Part shown: positions 10,238 to 19,372 of the stretch, one piece after another
Position numbering within the stretch: position 1 is the stretch's first letter
Layout: every line of letters starts with the position of its first letter
Assembly (NCBI GenBank): GCA_046538415.1
Contig: JBKHIY010000006.1
Coordinates: forward strand, 18,178-82,177
Source of the DNA: Candidatus Brocadiia bacterium
GTDB lineage: Bacteria; Planctomycetota; PUPC01; DSUN01
Direction: 5' to 3'
Length of the DNA stretch: 64,000 nt
The notes under the pieces: model-generated
Database searches by the model: none
Told to the model about the DNA's origin: nothing
The model's input: the letters and a program-made list of their open reading frames with translations, nothing else
Program-made: the position numbers and the translations under genes

Positions 10238-11056
10238 ATGGAGATAACGCCCGACAAGATGATGCAGGTGCCCGTGGGGCCGGTGACCCTCAACGCCACC
10301 ATCTTCTTCACCTGGGGCGTGATGGCCATCCTCGCCGTGGGCTCCTGGCTCATCACCCGCACGCTGTCCACCGGCACCGAGATGTCGCGCTGGCACAACG
10401 GCCTGGAGGTGGTGGTGAACGGCATGCGAAACCAGATCCGCGAGGTGAGCCAGCAAGCCCCCGACCAGTACCTGCCGTTCGTGGGTACCCTGTTCCTGTT
10501 CATCGCCACCTGCAACCTGCTGACCATCGTGCCCGGCTACCAGCCGCCCACCGGCTCGCTGTCCACCACTGCGGCGCTGGCCCTCTGCGTGTTCGTGGCC
10601 GTGCCCTTCTACGGCATCTCCGAGAAGGGCGTGGTGGGCTACCTGAAGACGTATGCCCGCCCCTCGGTGTTCATGCTGCCGTTCAACGTGATCGGCGAGC
10701 TCTCCCGCACCCTGGCCCTCGCCGTGCGGCTCTTCGGCAACGTGATGAGCGGTACCGTGATCGTGGGCGTACTGCTCATGATCGCTCCCCTCCTGGTGCC
10801 CGACCTGATGCAGATGCTGGGCCTCCTGGTGGGCATGATCCACGCCTACATCTTCGCCCTCCTGGCCATGGTCTACATCGCCTCCGCCACCCGCGCCTCC
10901 GCCCAGCGGCGGCGCGCCCAGGAGGAGAAGGAAGGCCAGGAGAAGGACGAGGAGCGGGAAGAAGGGGCACCCCAGCACCCATCCTCCGGCGACCGGGAGC
11001 CCGGGGGCGAGGCCCCACCGCGCCCATCCCAAGAAGGAGACGTCTCCAGTGGATAG
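10238..11056 (+). CDS. atpB: N-type F-ATPase subunit a with an acidic C-terminal tail
   Basis: Subunit a core with the essential Arg region (LSRTLALAVRLFGNVMSG) and C-terminal helices. About 50 extra low-complexity residues follow (AQEEKEGQEKDEEREEG...). Confidence 0.9.
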   Translation: MEITPDKMMQVPVGPVTLNATIFFTWGVMAILAVGSWLITRTLSTGTEMSRWHNGLEVVVNGMRNQIREVSQQAPDQYLPFVGTLFLFIATCNLLTIVPGYQPPTGSLSTTAALALCVFVAVPFYGISEKGVVGYLKTYARPSVFMLPFNVIGELSRTLALAVRLFGNVMSGTVIVGVLLMIAPLLVPDLMQMLGLLVGMIHAYIFALLAMVYIASATRASAQRRRAQEEKEGQEKDEEREEGAPQHPSSGDREPGGEAPPRPSQEGDVSSG

Positions 11057-11336
11057 CATGACCATAGTGGCCATCGCGTCGATCGCCTCGGCGGCGGTGT
11101 GCATCGCCATCGGCGCCGTGGGTCCCGCCCTGGGCGAGGGCCGGGCGCTGGCCCAGGCCCTCCAGTCCATCGCCCAGCAGCCCGACGAGGCGGGCACCAT
11201 CACCCGCACGCTGTTCGTCGGCCTGGCCATGGTCGAGTCGACGGCCATCTACTGCTTCGTGGTCTCCATGATCCTGATCTTCGCCAATCCCTTCTGGATC
11301 TACTTCAGGGATGCCGCCCAAGCGGCCGCCCAGTAG
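11049..11336 (+). CDS. atpE: N-type F-ATPase subunit c (proteolipid)
   Basis: Hairpin with GPALGEG in helix 1, the QQPDEAG loop, and [10 protein letters not shown] in helix 2. GTG at 11049 (SD AAGGAGA 9 nt upstream); ATG at 11058 is an alternative. Confidence 0.9.
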   Translation: MDSMTIVAIASIASAAVCIAIGAVGPALGEGRALAQALQSIAQQPDEAGTITRTLFVGLAMVESTAIYCFVVSMILIFANPFWIYFRDAAQAAAQ

Positions 11337-11351
11337 GCGGGAGCATGCGCC

Positions 11352-12359
11352 GTGGTCGACTGGCCGACCGTCATCTTCCAGATCATCAACTTCCTGGTTC
11401 TCGTCTACCTCCTCAAGCGGTTCCTCTACGGCCGCATCATCGAGGCCATGGACAAGCGGGAGGAGAAGATCGCATCTCGGCTCGACGACGCCGAGGAGAA
11501 GAAAAAAGAAGCCCAGGCCGAGGCCGAGAACTATCGCGAGAAGAAACGCGAAGTGGAAGCCCAGCGCGAGCAGTTCCTCCAGAAGGCCCAGCAGGAGGCC
11601 GACCAGCGACGCCAGGAACTCCTTAAGGAGGCCCAGCAGGAGGTCGAGCAGCTCGAGGCCCGCTGGCGCCAGGCCCTCCAGCGACAGAAGGAAGGTTTCC
11701 TGGACGAGTTGCGTCGCCGTACCGCCGAGCACACGTTCGCCATCGCACGCCGCGCCCTCCAGGACCTCGCGGGGGCCAGCCTCGAGGAGCGGATCGCCGA
11801 GACCTTCCTCCAACGCCTCGACTCCGTGGACGAGGAGGAATGGCAGGCTCTCGCCCAGGCCTTGGGGGGAGGCGAGGAGGGGCCCCGCCAGCTCACCCTC
11901 CGCAGCTCCTTCCAACTCCCCGACGACAAGCAGCAGGCCATCGGCGAGGCCGTGCAGGGCCACGTGGGCGATGGCGTCGAGCTGCGCTTCGAGACCTCCG
12001 ACGACCCGCTGTGCGGCATCGAGCTCACCGGCCACGGACGCAAGATCGCCTGGAGCGTCGGCCAGTACCTCGACGCCCTCCAGGAAGCCGTCAGCCAGAT
12101 CGTCGAGCAGCAGGCCCGCCAGCAGCCCGAGACACGCGAACAGGTCGAGAGCGACGTGCGCGAGGAGGAGCGCCAAGCCGAGGAGCGAAAGAAGAAGCAG
12201 GAGGAAGACGAAGCCGCCGGGGAAGCCGAGCCACAACGCGGGGAACCGCCCGAGACAGAAGCCCCAGAGGCCGAAGCCGACACGGGCCACACCCAGCAGC
12301 CCGAGCAGCGGGCTTCTCAAGACGACGAGCAGCCAGAGCCCGAGGCAAACCATGGGTGA
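11352..12359 (+). CDS. atpF: N-type F-ATPase subunit b (long form, 335 aa) with an acidic C-terminal tail
   Basis: N-terminal TM helix [22 protein letters not shown], a long coiled coil rich in E/K/Q/R, a globular C-terminal part, then an E/Q/P-rich tail of about 75 aa. No atpH (delta) gene follows. Confidence 0.8.
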   Translation: MVDWPTVIFQIINFLVLVYLLKRFLYGRIIEAMDKREEKIASRLDDAEEKKKEAQAEAENYREKKREVEAQREQFLQKAQQEADQRRQELLKEAQQEVEQLEARWRQALQRQKEGFLDELRRRTAEHTFAIARRALQDLAGASLEERIAETFLQRLDSVDEEEWQALAQALGGGEEGPRQLTLRSSFQLPDDKQQAIGEAVQGHVGDGVELRFETSDDPLCGIELTGHGRKIAWSVGQYLDALQEAVSQIVEQQARQQPETREQVESDVREEERQAEERKKKQEEDEAAGEAEPQRGEPPETEAPEAEADTGHTQQPEQRASQDDEQPEPEANHG

Positions 12360-14094
12360 ACAGCCGCGCGAGCTCGACGGCATCCTCCAGGAAACCTCTC
12401 GACTCATCGACCAGGCACTGGAGCAACACCAGCCCAAGCTCGAAGCCCGCGAAGTCGGCACCCTCACCTACCTGGGGCACGGCATCGCCCGGGTGAAGGG
12501 CCTGGGCGCCGTGCGCTCCGAGGAGCTGCTCCGCTTCCCCGGCGACCGCTACGGCCTGGCCTTCAACGTCGATCCCGGGGAGGTGGGGGTCATCCTCCTC
12601 GACGAGAGCGAGGGCCTGGGCGCCGGCCAGGAGGCCCGCCGCACGGGGCGAGTGCTCGAGGTGCCCGTCGGCGAGGCTGTGCTGAGCCGCATCGTCGACC
12701 CGCTGGGCCGCCCCATCGACCGCCGCGGCCCCGTCCGGGCCGCCGAGCGGCGGCCCGTGGAGCGCGAGGCCCGTCCCATCATGGACCGCGCCCCGGTCAC
12801 CGTGCCCCTCCAGACCGGCCAGAAGGTGATCGACGCCCTCATCCCCATCGGCCGCGGCCAGCGCGAGCTCATCCTGGGCGACCGCCAGACGGGCAAGACG
12901 GCCATCACCGTGGACACCATCATCAACCAAGAGGGCGAGGACGTGGTGTGCATCTACTGCGCCGTGGGCAAGCGCTCCTCCGCCGTGGCCCGCGTGCTCT
13001 CCGACCTTCGCGAACACCAGGCCCTGGACTACTGCACCCTGGTCGTGGCGACGGAGGATGACCCGCCGGGCTGGCAGTTCATCGCCCCCTACGCGGCGAC
13101 CACCATGGGCGAGTACTTCATGGAGCAGGGCGCCGACGTGCTGGTGGTCTACGACGACCTCACCCGCCACGCCCGCGCCTACCGCGAGCTGTCCCTCCTC
13201 CTCCGCCGGCCGCCGGGGCGCGAGGCCTTCCCCGGCGACATCTTCTACATCCATTCCCGGCTCCTCGAGCGCTCCACCCATCTCCGGGAGGAGCTGGGCG
13301 GCGGCTCCCTCAGCGCCTTGCCCATCGTGGAGACCGAGGCCCAGAACGTCTCCGCCTATATCCCCACCAACCTCATCTCCATCACCGACGGCCAGGTGTA
13401 CCTCTCCCCCGACCTCTTCCAGAAGGGCAATATGCCCGCCGTGGACGTGGGCAAGTCCGTCTCCCGTGTGGGGGGCAAGACCCAGCTGCCCGCCTACCGC
13501 GCTGTGGCCGGCGACCTGCGCCTCGCCTACTCCCAGTTCGAGGAGTTGGAGACCTTCGCCCGCTTCGGCACCAGGCTCGACGAGGACACGCGTAGGACCA
13601 TCGAGCGCGGGCGCCGCATTCGCGAGGTGTTCAAGCAAGCCCAGTACGACCCCATCCCCGTGCCCCAGCAGATCGCGGCCCTGGTGGCCGTCAACGGCGG
13701 CCTGCTCGACGACCTGCCGCTGGAGAAGGCGCGCCAGGCCGAGCGCCTCGCCCGCCAGGCGGTCGCCGAGCAGCTTCCCAAGGTGTGCCAACGCATCCAG
13801 GAGGGCGAGAAGCTCTCCGACGAGGACCGCAAGGCCATCCTGGAAACGGCCGAGGCCGCCATCCGCGCGGAGTTCGGAGAGCCCGACCAGGAAGCCCAGG
13901 GCGCCCAGGGCCCGCAGAGCTCCCAGGACGAGCAGGGGGAGGAGCAGCCCGAGGGCACGGAGAGCGACGAGGCCGAGCAGCAACCCCGGCCCACCGGCCA
14001 GCCGCCGCCACAGAAGCCCCACCAGCCCAGCCAGGACGAAGGGCCCGCCCATGCAGACCCTGGAGACGCTGAAGCGGAAGATTCGGAGCGCTAA
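12352..14094 (+). CDS. atpA: N-type F-ATPase alpha subunit with an acidic C-terminal tail
   Basis: The ATG at 12352 overlaps the atpF end by 8 nt. Walker [11 protein letters not shown] and the overall alpha sequence are clear. About 70 extra residues at the C-terminus ([26 protein letters not shown]...). The upstream part of track ORF 11311..14094 is an off-frame overlap with atpF. Confidence 0.95.
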   Translation: MGEQPRELDGILQETSRLIDQALEQHQPKLEAREVGTLTYLGHGIARVKGLGAVRSEELLRFPGDRYGLAFNVDPGEVGVILLDESEGLGAGQEARRTGRVLEVPVGEAVLSRIVDPLGRPIDRRGPVRAAERRPVEREARPIMDRAPVTVPLQTGQKVIDALIPIGRGQRELILGDRQTGKTAITVDTIINQEGEDVVCIYCAVGKRSSAVARVLSDLREHQALDYCTLVVATEDDPPGWQFIAPYAATTMGEYFMEQGADVLVVYDDLTRHARAYRELSLLLRRPPGREAFPGDIFYIHSRLLERSTHLREELGGGSLSALPIVETEAQNVSAYIPTNLISITDGQVYLSPDLFQKGNMPAVDVGKSVSRVGGKTQLPAYRAVAGDLRLAYSQFEELETFARFGTRLDEDTRRTIERGRRIREVFKQAQYDPIPVPQQIAALVAVNGGLLDDLPLEKARQAERLARQAVAEQLPKVCQRIQEGEKLSDEDRKAILETAEAAIRAEFGEPDQEAQGAQGPQSSQDEQGEEQPEGTESDEAEQQPRPTGQPPPQKPHQPSQDEGPAHADPGDAEAEDSER

Positions 14095-14941
14095 CGAGCT
14101 CCACTCGGTGGTCAGGACCATGAAGGCCCTCGCCGCCGTGAACATCCGCCAGTACGAGAAGGCCGTCGAATCGCTGGAGGACTACAATCGCACCACCCTC
14201 CTGGCTCTCCAGGTGGTGCTCAGGGATCGCGTGGAACGCGGCTCGGCGAGCACCGGGGGCGAGGAACGGGCGCAGCTCGGGGCCGTCGTCTTCGGCTCGG
14301 ACCAGGGCATGTGTGGCCAGCTCAACGAGCAGATCGCCCGCCACACCCTCCGCTCCATGGACGAGCTGGGCGTGGGCCGCGACCGCCGGACCATCCTCGT
14401 GGTGGGCGAGCGCGTGGGCTCCCGCCTCCGCTTCGACGGCGAGCCGGTGGAGGACATTCTTCCCGTGCCCGGCTCCATCGGCGGGGTCACCCCTGCGGTG
14501 CAGGACCTCCTCCTGCGCATCCAGGCGTGGGACGCCGAGCGGAACATTCGGCAGGTGGTCCTCTACTACAGCGAGCAGCTCTCCGGCGCCTCCTACCGCC
14601 CCCAGAGCCTCCGTCTCCTGCCCGTGGATGCCGAGTGGCTGGCCAGGCTGGAGCACCGGCAGTGGCCTACCCACGTGCTGCCCACGTTCACCATGGAATG
14701 GGGCGCCTTGTTCTCGGCGCTCATCCGCCAGTACCTGTTCGTGTCGCTGTACCGTGCCTTCGCCGAATCCCTGGCCAGCGAGAACGCCAGCCGCCTGGCC
14801 TCCATGCAGGGAGCGGAGCGAAACATCGAGGACCGCCTCCAGCAGCTCACCGGCCAGTTCCACCAGCAGCGTCAGGCCTCCATCACCGAGGAGTTGTTGG
14901 ACATCGTGTCTGGCTTCGAGGCGCTCCAGGGCTCGTCCTGA
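14051..14941 (+). CDS. atpG: N-type F-ATPase gamma subunit
   Basis: [34 protein letters not shown] is a canonical gamma N-terminal helix; the C-terminal helix is [16 protein letters not shown]. The start lies 44 nt inside the atpA tail. Confidence 0.9.
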   Translation: MQTLETLKRKIRSANELHSVVRTMKALAAVNIRQYEKAVESLEDYNRTTLLALQVVLRDRVERGSASTGGEERAQLGAVVFGSDQGMCGQLNEQIARHTLRSMDELGVGRDRRTILVVGERVGSRLRFDGEPVEDILPVPGSIGGVTPAVQDLLLRIQAWDAERNIRQVVLYYSEQLSGASYRPQSLRLLPVDAEWLARLEHRQWPTHVLPTFTMEWGALFSALIRQYLFVSLYRAFAESLASENASRLASMQGAERNIEDRLQQLTGQFHQQRQASITEELLDIVSGFEALQGSS

Positions 14942-14997
14942 CGGGCCTCGGACCGCCCGCCGTCGCCGCTGTGTGCCCCACCGGATAGGAGTCGTCG

Positions 14998-17652
14998 GTG
15001 TCCCTCGCTCGTGGGCTCTCTCTGTGGCTTGCTGTTTCGTTGTCGGCGCGCCCCGAGGCGGCGGCAATGGGCCTCTCGGTGCTCACCCGCCAGCCAGCCT
15101 GCGGCCAGCTCGTCGAGCTGCGGCTCAAAGGCCTGCCCCGCTATTCGAATCCCTTCGATCCTCAGGTCGTGCGAGCGGACGCCGAGGTGGAGACGCCCTC
15201 GGGGAAGCGGCTCACCATCCCCGCTTTTTACATGGTGCCCTACGAGAGGGTCCGGCCGCCCGACGCGCCACGGATCGTGACCCACATGCGCCTTTTTGTG
15301 GGCGCCCGCAGGTGGCGGAAGGGCGACCGCATCGAATTCCTGGTCGACGACCTCGTCCTGGTGGACGAAGAGACAGGGGAGCGGACCGTGGTGGACGACT
15401 TCGAAGGCCCCCTGCGCTGGAGGGCGCAGGGCATCGCTCTGTCCCGCGAGAGCCGACAGGCGCACGGGGGCGAGCACAGCGCCCGCCTGTCGCTGACCAT
15501 CGGCGAGCATCGCTGGCCGGGGATGATGCGAAGGCTCGGCGAGGCCAATTGGACGCGGTTCGACCAACTCCGCCTGTGGGCCAGGCCCGTGCGGGGGCTG
15601 GAGACCAGCCAGCCCACCATCGAGTACTACACCCGGGACGGCCAGAAGTTCCAGCGCCCGCTTCGCTGCCTGGAGGGCGCGAAGCCGGGGGACTGGGCGG
15701 AGCTGGTGTGGCAGCTGCCGCCCACCCGCCCCCCGGCCCAGTGGCAGCCGACGGGGCAGCCCCAGTGGCGCGTGCGCTTCCGTCCCCAGGAGCTCGGCGC
15801 TCACCGGTGCAGGGGCCGCGTGCGCGACGTCCACGGCGAGCGCCGCAGCGCCTGGGCCGACTTCGACGTAGCCGACGGGACCACGGATGGGATGCTGCGC
15901 CCCGTGGCGGAGGACCCCCGCTACCTGGCCTTCGGCTCGGGTAAGCCCTTCTTCGCCGTGGGCACGAACCTCCTGGGCAACAGGCTCGATTCTTACACCT
16001 ACTACCTGGAGAAACTGGCCGATGCGGGGGGTAACTTCGTTCGCATCTGGCTCGCCCCTCGGCAAATGGGCTTCGAGACCAAGGACGCGGGGCCCATGCG
16101 CTACGCTCAGGACCGCGCGGCACGCCTCGATGCCCTGTTCCGCCTGTGCGAGCGGGAGGGGGTCACCGTGATGACCTGCATCACGGACTTCCGCGAGGTC
16201 TGCTCCTTCCACCACAGCAGCGACTGGGCCAACAGCCCTTACAACACGGCGAACGGAGGGCCTTGCGAGGCGGCGGTCCTCTTCTTCACCGACCAACGGG
16301 CCCAGGCCCAATACCGGGCCATGCTCCGCTACCTGGTGGCCCGCTACGGCCACTCGCCGGCCGTCCACTCGTGGGAGTTCTTCAACGAGGTGAACATCAC
16401 CGACGGCTGGCGGCAGGCCCCCGATGCGGTGCGGGCCTGGCACCGGGAAATGGCCGCCTACCTGTGGGGCATCGACGTCCAGCGCCATCCCGTGACCAGC
16501 AGCTTCGCGGGGATCGAGGACGATGCCCTGTGGGAGCAAGCGGGGATGGAGATCGTGCAGCGGCATCAGTACTTCGACGCGGGAGAAGCGGTCGTTCCCG
16601 AGGTCGTCTCCGCCCACGAGGCGTTGCGCCGGCACGGCAAACCGGTGTTGATGGGAGAATTCGGCCGGCGTCGGAACCGCTACGCGGCTCTCGACGGCCG
16701 GGGCGTGAGCCTCCACAATGGGCTGTGGGCGGCGGTGGTCTCGGGCGGGTGCGGGACGGCCATGACGTGGTGGTGGCAGTGGGTGGACGAGCACGACCTG
16801 TGGGGGCAGTTCCGCGCGGTGGCGACGTTTGTCGAGGGCATCGAGTGGCCCGCGGAGGGCTTCCGGCCCTCGCAGGGCGCCCGGGTGGAGGCGACGCCGG
16901 ACCCCCGGCACGGCTTCGGGCCCATCGCCTTCAGCCCCCGGGCTGGCGGGTTCAAGCCCGGGCCGGCCAACCAGCCCGTCCAGGTGGCCATCGACGCGCC
17001 GGGCCGGCCCGATCCCTCGGAGAAGCTGCCGCGGTTCCTCCACGGGGTGCGCAACCACCCCGAGTTCCACAACCCGGTGACCTTCGACGTGCGCTTCCCC
17101 CGACCCACCGCCTTCGGCGTGGTGGTGGACGGGGTGTCGGGCCACGGCGGGGCGGCCCTGGAGATCCGGGTGGACGGCAAGGCGCTCCTGCGACGCGAAT
17201 TCGCCGACCGCTGGCCGCAGAAACGGGAGAAGATGACCCGCTACGACGGCACCTACGAGGTGCCGCTCCCCGCCGGTAGCCACCGGGTGACGGTGGAGAA
17301 CGGGGGGAACGACTGGCTGGTGGTACGAAGCTATCGGTTCGCCGCGGGGCGGCCGAGCCCCCCGGTCCGAGTCTTCGCGCTGCGGGGGCGCCGCACAGTG
17401 CTCGTGTGGGTGTGGAACAGCAGCCACGTGTGGCACCGCCCGGTCTACGAGACCCCGCTCATTCGCCTGGGCGACGTGCGCGTGGGGCTCGCCGGGCTCG
17501 TGCCGGGACGCTACCGCGTGCGTCCCTTCGACCCCTGGTCAGGCCAGTGGGGCGAGGAGCGGCTGGTGGGGGTGGGCGACGACGGCCGGGCGACGCTGGT
17601 CGTGGGCCGGCTGGAGAGCGACCACGCCTTCCGCCTCGAGGCCGTGCCCTGA
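14998..17652 (+). CDS. Secreted DUF5060-domain / GH5-like (clan GH-A) glycoside hydrolase, 884 aa
   Basis: Signal-like N-terminus. DUF5060-type beta-sandwich (NPFDPQVVRADAEVETPSGKRLTIPAFYM). TIM-barrel with FVRIWLAP, acid/base WEFFNEVN and nucleophile-like VLMGEFG. GGAG lies 6 nt upstream of the GTG. Confidence 0.75.
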   Translation: MSLARGLSLWLAVSLSARPEAAAMGLSVLTRQPACGQLVELRLKGLPRYSNPFDPQVVRADAEVETPSGKRLTIPAFYMVPYERVRPPDAPRIVTHMRLFVGARRWRKGDRIEFLVDDLVLVDEETGERTVVDDFEGPLRWRAQGIALSRESRQAHGGEHSARLSLTIGEHRWPGMMRRLGEANWTRFDQLRLWARPVRGLETSQPTIEYYTRDGQKFQRPLRCLEGAKPGDWAELVWQLPPTRPPAQWQPTGQPQWRVRFRPQELGAHRCRGRVRDVHGERRSAWADFDVADGTTDGMLRPVAEDPRYLAFGSGKPFFAVGTNLLGNRLDSYTYYLEKLADAGGNFVRIWLAPRQMGFETKDAGPMRYAQDRAARLDALFRLCEREGVTVMTCITDFREVCSFHHSSDWANSPYNTANGGPCEAAVLFFTDQRAQAQYRAMLRYLVARYGHSPAVHSWEFFNEVNITDGWRQAPDAVRAWHREMAAYLWGIDVQRHPVTSSFAGIEDDALWEQAGMEIVQRHQYFDAGEAVVPEVVSAHEALRRHGKPVLMGEFGRRRNRYAALDGRGVSLHNGLWAAVVSGGCGTAMTWWWQWVDEHDLWGQFRAVATFVEGIEWPAEGFRPSQGARVEATPDPRHGFGPIAFSPRAGGFKPGPANQPVQVAIDAPGRPDPSEKLPRFLHGVRNHPEFHNPVTFDVRFPRPTAFGVVVDGVSGHGGAALEIRVDGKALLRREFADRWPQKREKMTRYDGTYEVPLPAGSHRVTVENGGNDWLVVRSYRFAAGRPSPPVRVFALRGRRTVLVWVWNSSHVWHRPVYETPLIRLGDVRVGLAGLVPGRYRVRPFDPWSGQWGEERLVGVGDDGRATLVVGRLESDHAFRLEAVP

Positions 17653-17682
17653 GCCGGATGGCTGGCGAGTTGGGACCAGAGA

Positions 17683-17712
17683 AAGGCCAGGAGGGCCGGC
17701 CCTCCTGGCCTT
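17683..17712. terminator. Perfect 30-nt GC-rich palindrome between convergent genes (putative bidirectional terminator)
   Basis: AAGGCCAGGAGGGCC/GGCCCTCCTGGCCTT are exact reverse complements. It sits in the 87-nt gap between the stops at 17652 (+) and 17740 (-). There is no U-tract. Confidence 0.45.
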
Positions 17713-17739
17713 GGCGTTCGCGGATTGCGGCAGGGGCGG

Positions 17740-19167
17740 TCAGGCCTCTCGGGGCACGTCGAAGGGCGGCCGCGGCGGCCGGGTGAGGAGCTTGTTCGCC
17801 GCGGCGTTGCGGACGAACTCCTCCTTCTCGGCATCGAAGGTCAGGTGCTGGCCGAGCTTGCCCTTCCACTCGTCGAGCTTGAGCTTGCGGTTCTCGACGA
17901 GGTGCTTCATCAGCCGCTCCCACTGCTCGTTGGGGTAGTCGCTCTCGAAGGGCTTATCGACCTTGCCGAAGACCATCTCCTTGCCCAGACGGTAGGAGAT
18001 GTTGCCCAGGTGGCAGATGGCAGCCGAGTAATGGCCTTCGATCCAGGGGGCGTTGAGGTCCTCCTTCTTGCGGCTGCGCACGGCGGCGATGAAGTTCCCG
18101 AAGTTCCCGCCGCCGGGGCCCAGTTCCACGTCCACCTTGGGCAGCGGCGCGGTCTTCCCGCCGCCGTCCTTGGGGTAGAACTTCTTGCCGTCGACGACCT
18201 TGCCTGCCTCGTAGATGAAGTCGTTGCTCACGCGGCGGGTCTTCCCGCTCACCAGGCCGCAGACCTCGAAGACCATGAGGGTCTCGCCGTAGTCGTAGGT
18301 GGTGAGCTGGGTGTTGGGCGTCTGGCCCTGGTCCTTGTAGCCGATGCGGCCGCCCAGGCTGAAGACGCTCTGGGGGTGGGTGGCGCCGGGGATCGCCCAG
18401 CGAGCCACGTCGGTCTGGTGGACCCCCTGGTTGCCGATCTCGCCGCAGCCGAAGTCCCAGAACCAGTGCCAGTTGTAGTGCACCAGGTTGTCGTGGTAGG
18501 GCTGCATGGGGGAGGGGCCGACCCACAGGTTCCAGTCCAGCCATTCCGGCGGCTTTTCCGGCTTGGCGAAGCCGATGCTGCCGCGGGGTTTGCTGGAGAA
18601 GCCGTGGGAGATGAGCAGCTTGCCCAGCTTGCCGCTGCGGGTGATGGCCTCCATCCGGGCCCAATGCCCGCTGCTGCGCCGCTGCGTGCCGGTCTGGACG
18701 ATTTGCTTGGACTTGTCGATGATCTCGGCGCACACGCGGCCCTCGCGCACCACGTGGGTGCAGGGCTTTTCCACGTAGACGTCCTTCTCCGCTTGGACCG
18801 CCCAGAGGGTCTGGAGGGTGTGCCAGTGGTTAGGGGTGGCGATGGAGATGGCGTCGAGGTCCTTGTCCTCCAGGGCCTTGCGCACGTCCTGGGTGCTCTT
18901 AGGCCGGGCTCCTTGCTTCTTCTCCGCGCGGTCGGCGTTGCCCTTGAAGCGGCGCACGTCGGTGTCGATGCACCAGGTGACGCGCACGTTGCCCATCCCC
19001 AGGTAGGTGCGCACGTGGCCGCTGCCCCGCCCGCCGGTGCCGGAGACGCCGATGTTGACCGCTTCGTTGGCCCCGAGGACCTCCCGGCCCGTCACCCCGA
19101 TGGCGAACGTGCCTCCCGTCAGTGCCAGCGAATGCCTCAGGAACCTCCTGCGCGTAACCTCCGACAT
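17740..19167 (-). CDS. TAT-exported Gfo/Idh/MocA family oxidoreductase (GH109-like size and architecture)
   Basis: MSEVTRRRFLRHSLALTGG twin-arginine signal; GVSGTGGRG Rossmann motif; EKP motif VYVEKPCTH. ATG at 19167 has AAGGAG 5 nt upstream; the track start at 19173 is a GTG alternative. Confidence 0.85.
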   Translation of the reverse strand: MSEVTRRRFLRHSLALTGGTFAIGVTGREVLGANEAVNIGVSGTGGRGSGHVRTYLGMGNVRVTWCIDTDVRRFKGNADRAEKKQGARPKSTQDVRKALEDKDLDAISIATPNHWHTLQTLWAVQAEKDVYVEKPCTHVVREGRVCAEIIDKSKQIVQTGTQRRSSGHWARMEAITRSGKLGKLLISHGFSSKPRGSIGFAKPEKPPEWLDWNLWVGPSPMQPYHDNLVHYNWHWFWDFGCGEIGNQGVHQTDVARWAIPGATHPQSVFSLGGRIGYKDQGQTPNTQLTTYDYGETLMVFEVCGLVSGKTRRVSNDFIYEAGKVVDGKKFYPKDGGGKTAPLPKVDVELGPGGGNFGNFIAAVRSRKKEDLNAPWIEGHYSAAICHLGNISYRLGKEMVFGKVDKPFESDYPNEQWERLMKHLVENRKLKLDEWKGKLGQHLTFDAEKEEFVRNAAANKLLTRPPRPPFDVPREA

Positions 19168-19372
19168 GGCCACTCCTTTCGCGACGTGCGTCCTTCAGCC
19201 AGTCCCGAACGCACCCTCCTCTATACCCGATCCGCCACTGCTTTGCAAGCGCCGCCCGTCGCCGGAAACACAGTTGCACCCCCCAGCCCCGGCGGGTACA
19301 CTGCTCGGAGCGTGCTTTGCGCCGTTCCACAGGGGCAAGGGCGGGGGCCGTCCTCGACGTAGAGGAGTTGCC

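Noticed and set aside
11311-12351. Long 5' extensions of true genes in the ORF track: atpA from 11311, atpG from 13058, hemA from 21744, the sulfatase from 27397, oppD from 28782, oppB from 32382, the beta-helix gene from 34653, trpB2 from 53704, the CBM9/NHL gene up to 44730, and the PcRGLX-like gene up to 27833.
   Set aside because: The extensions overlap the preceding gene out of frame and translate to Pro/Ser/Arg-rich sequence. Conserved N-termini, SD sequences and start/stop coupling point to the internal starts used in the feature list.
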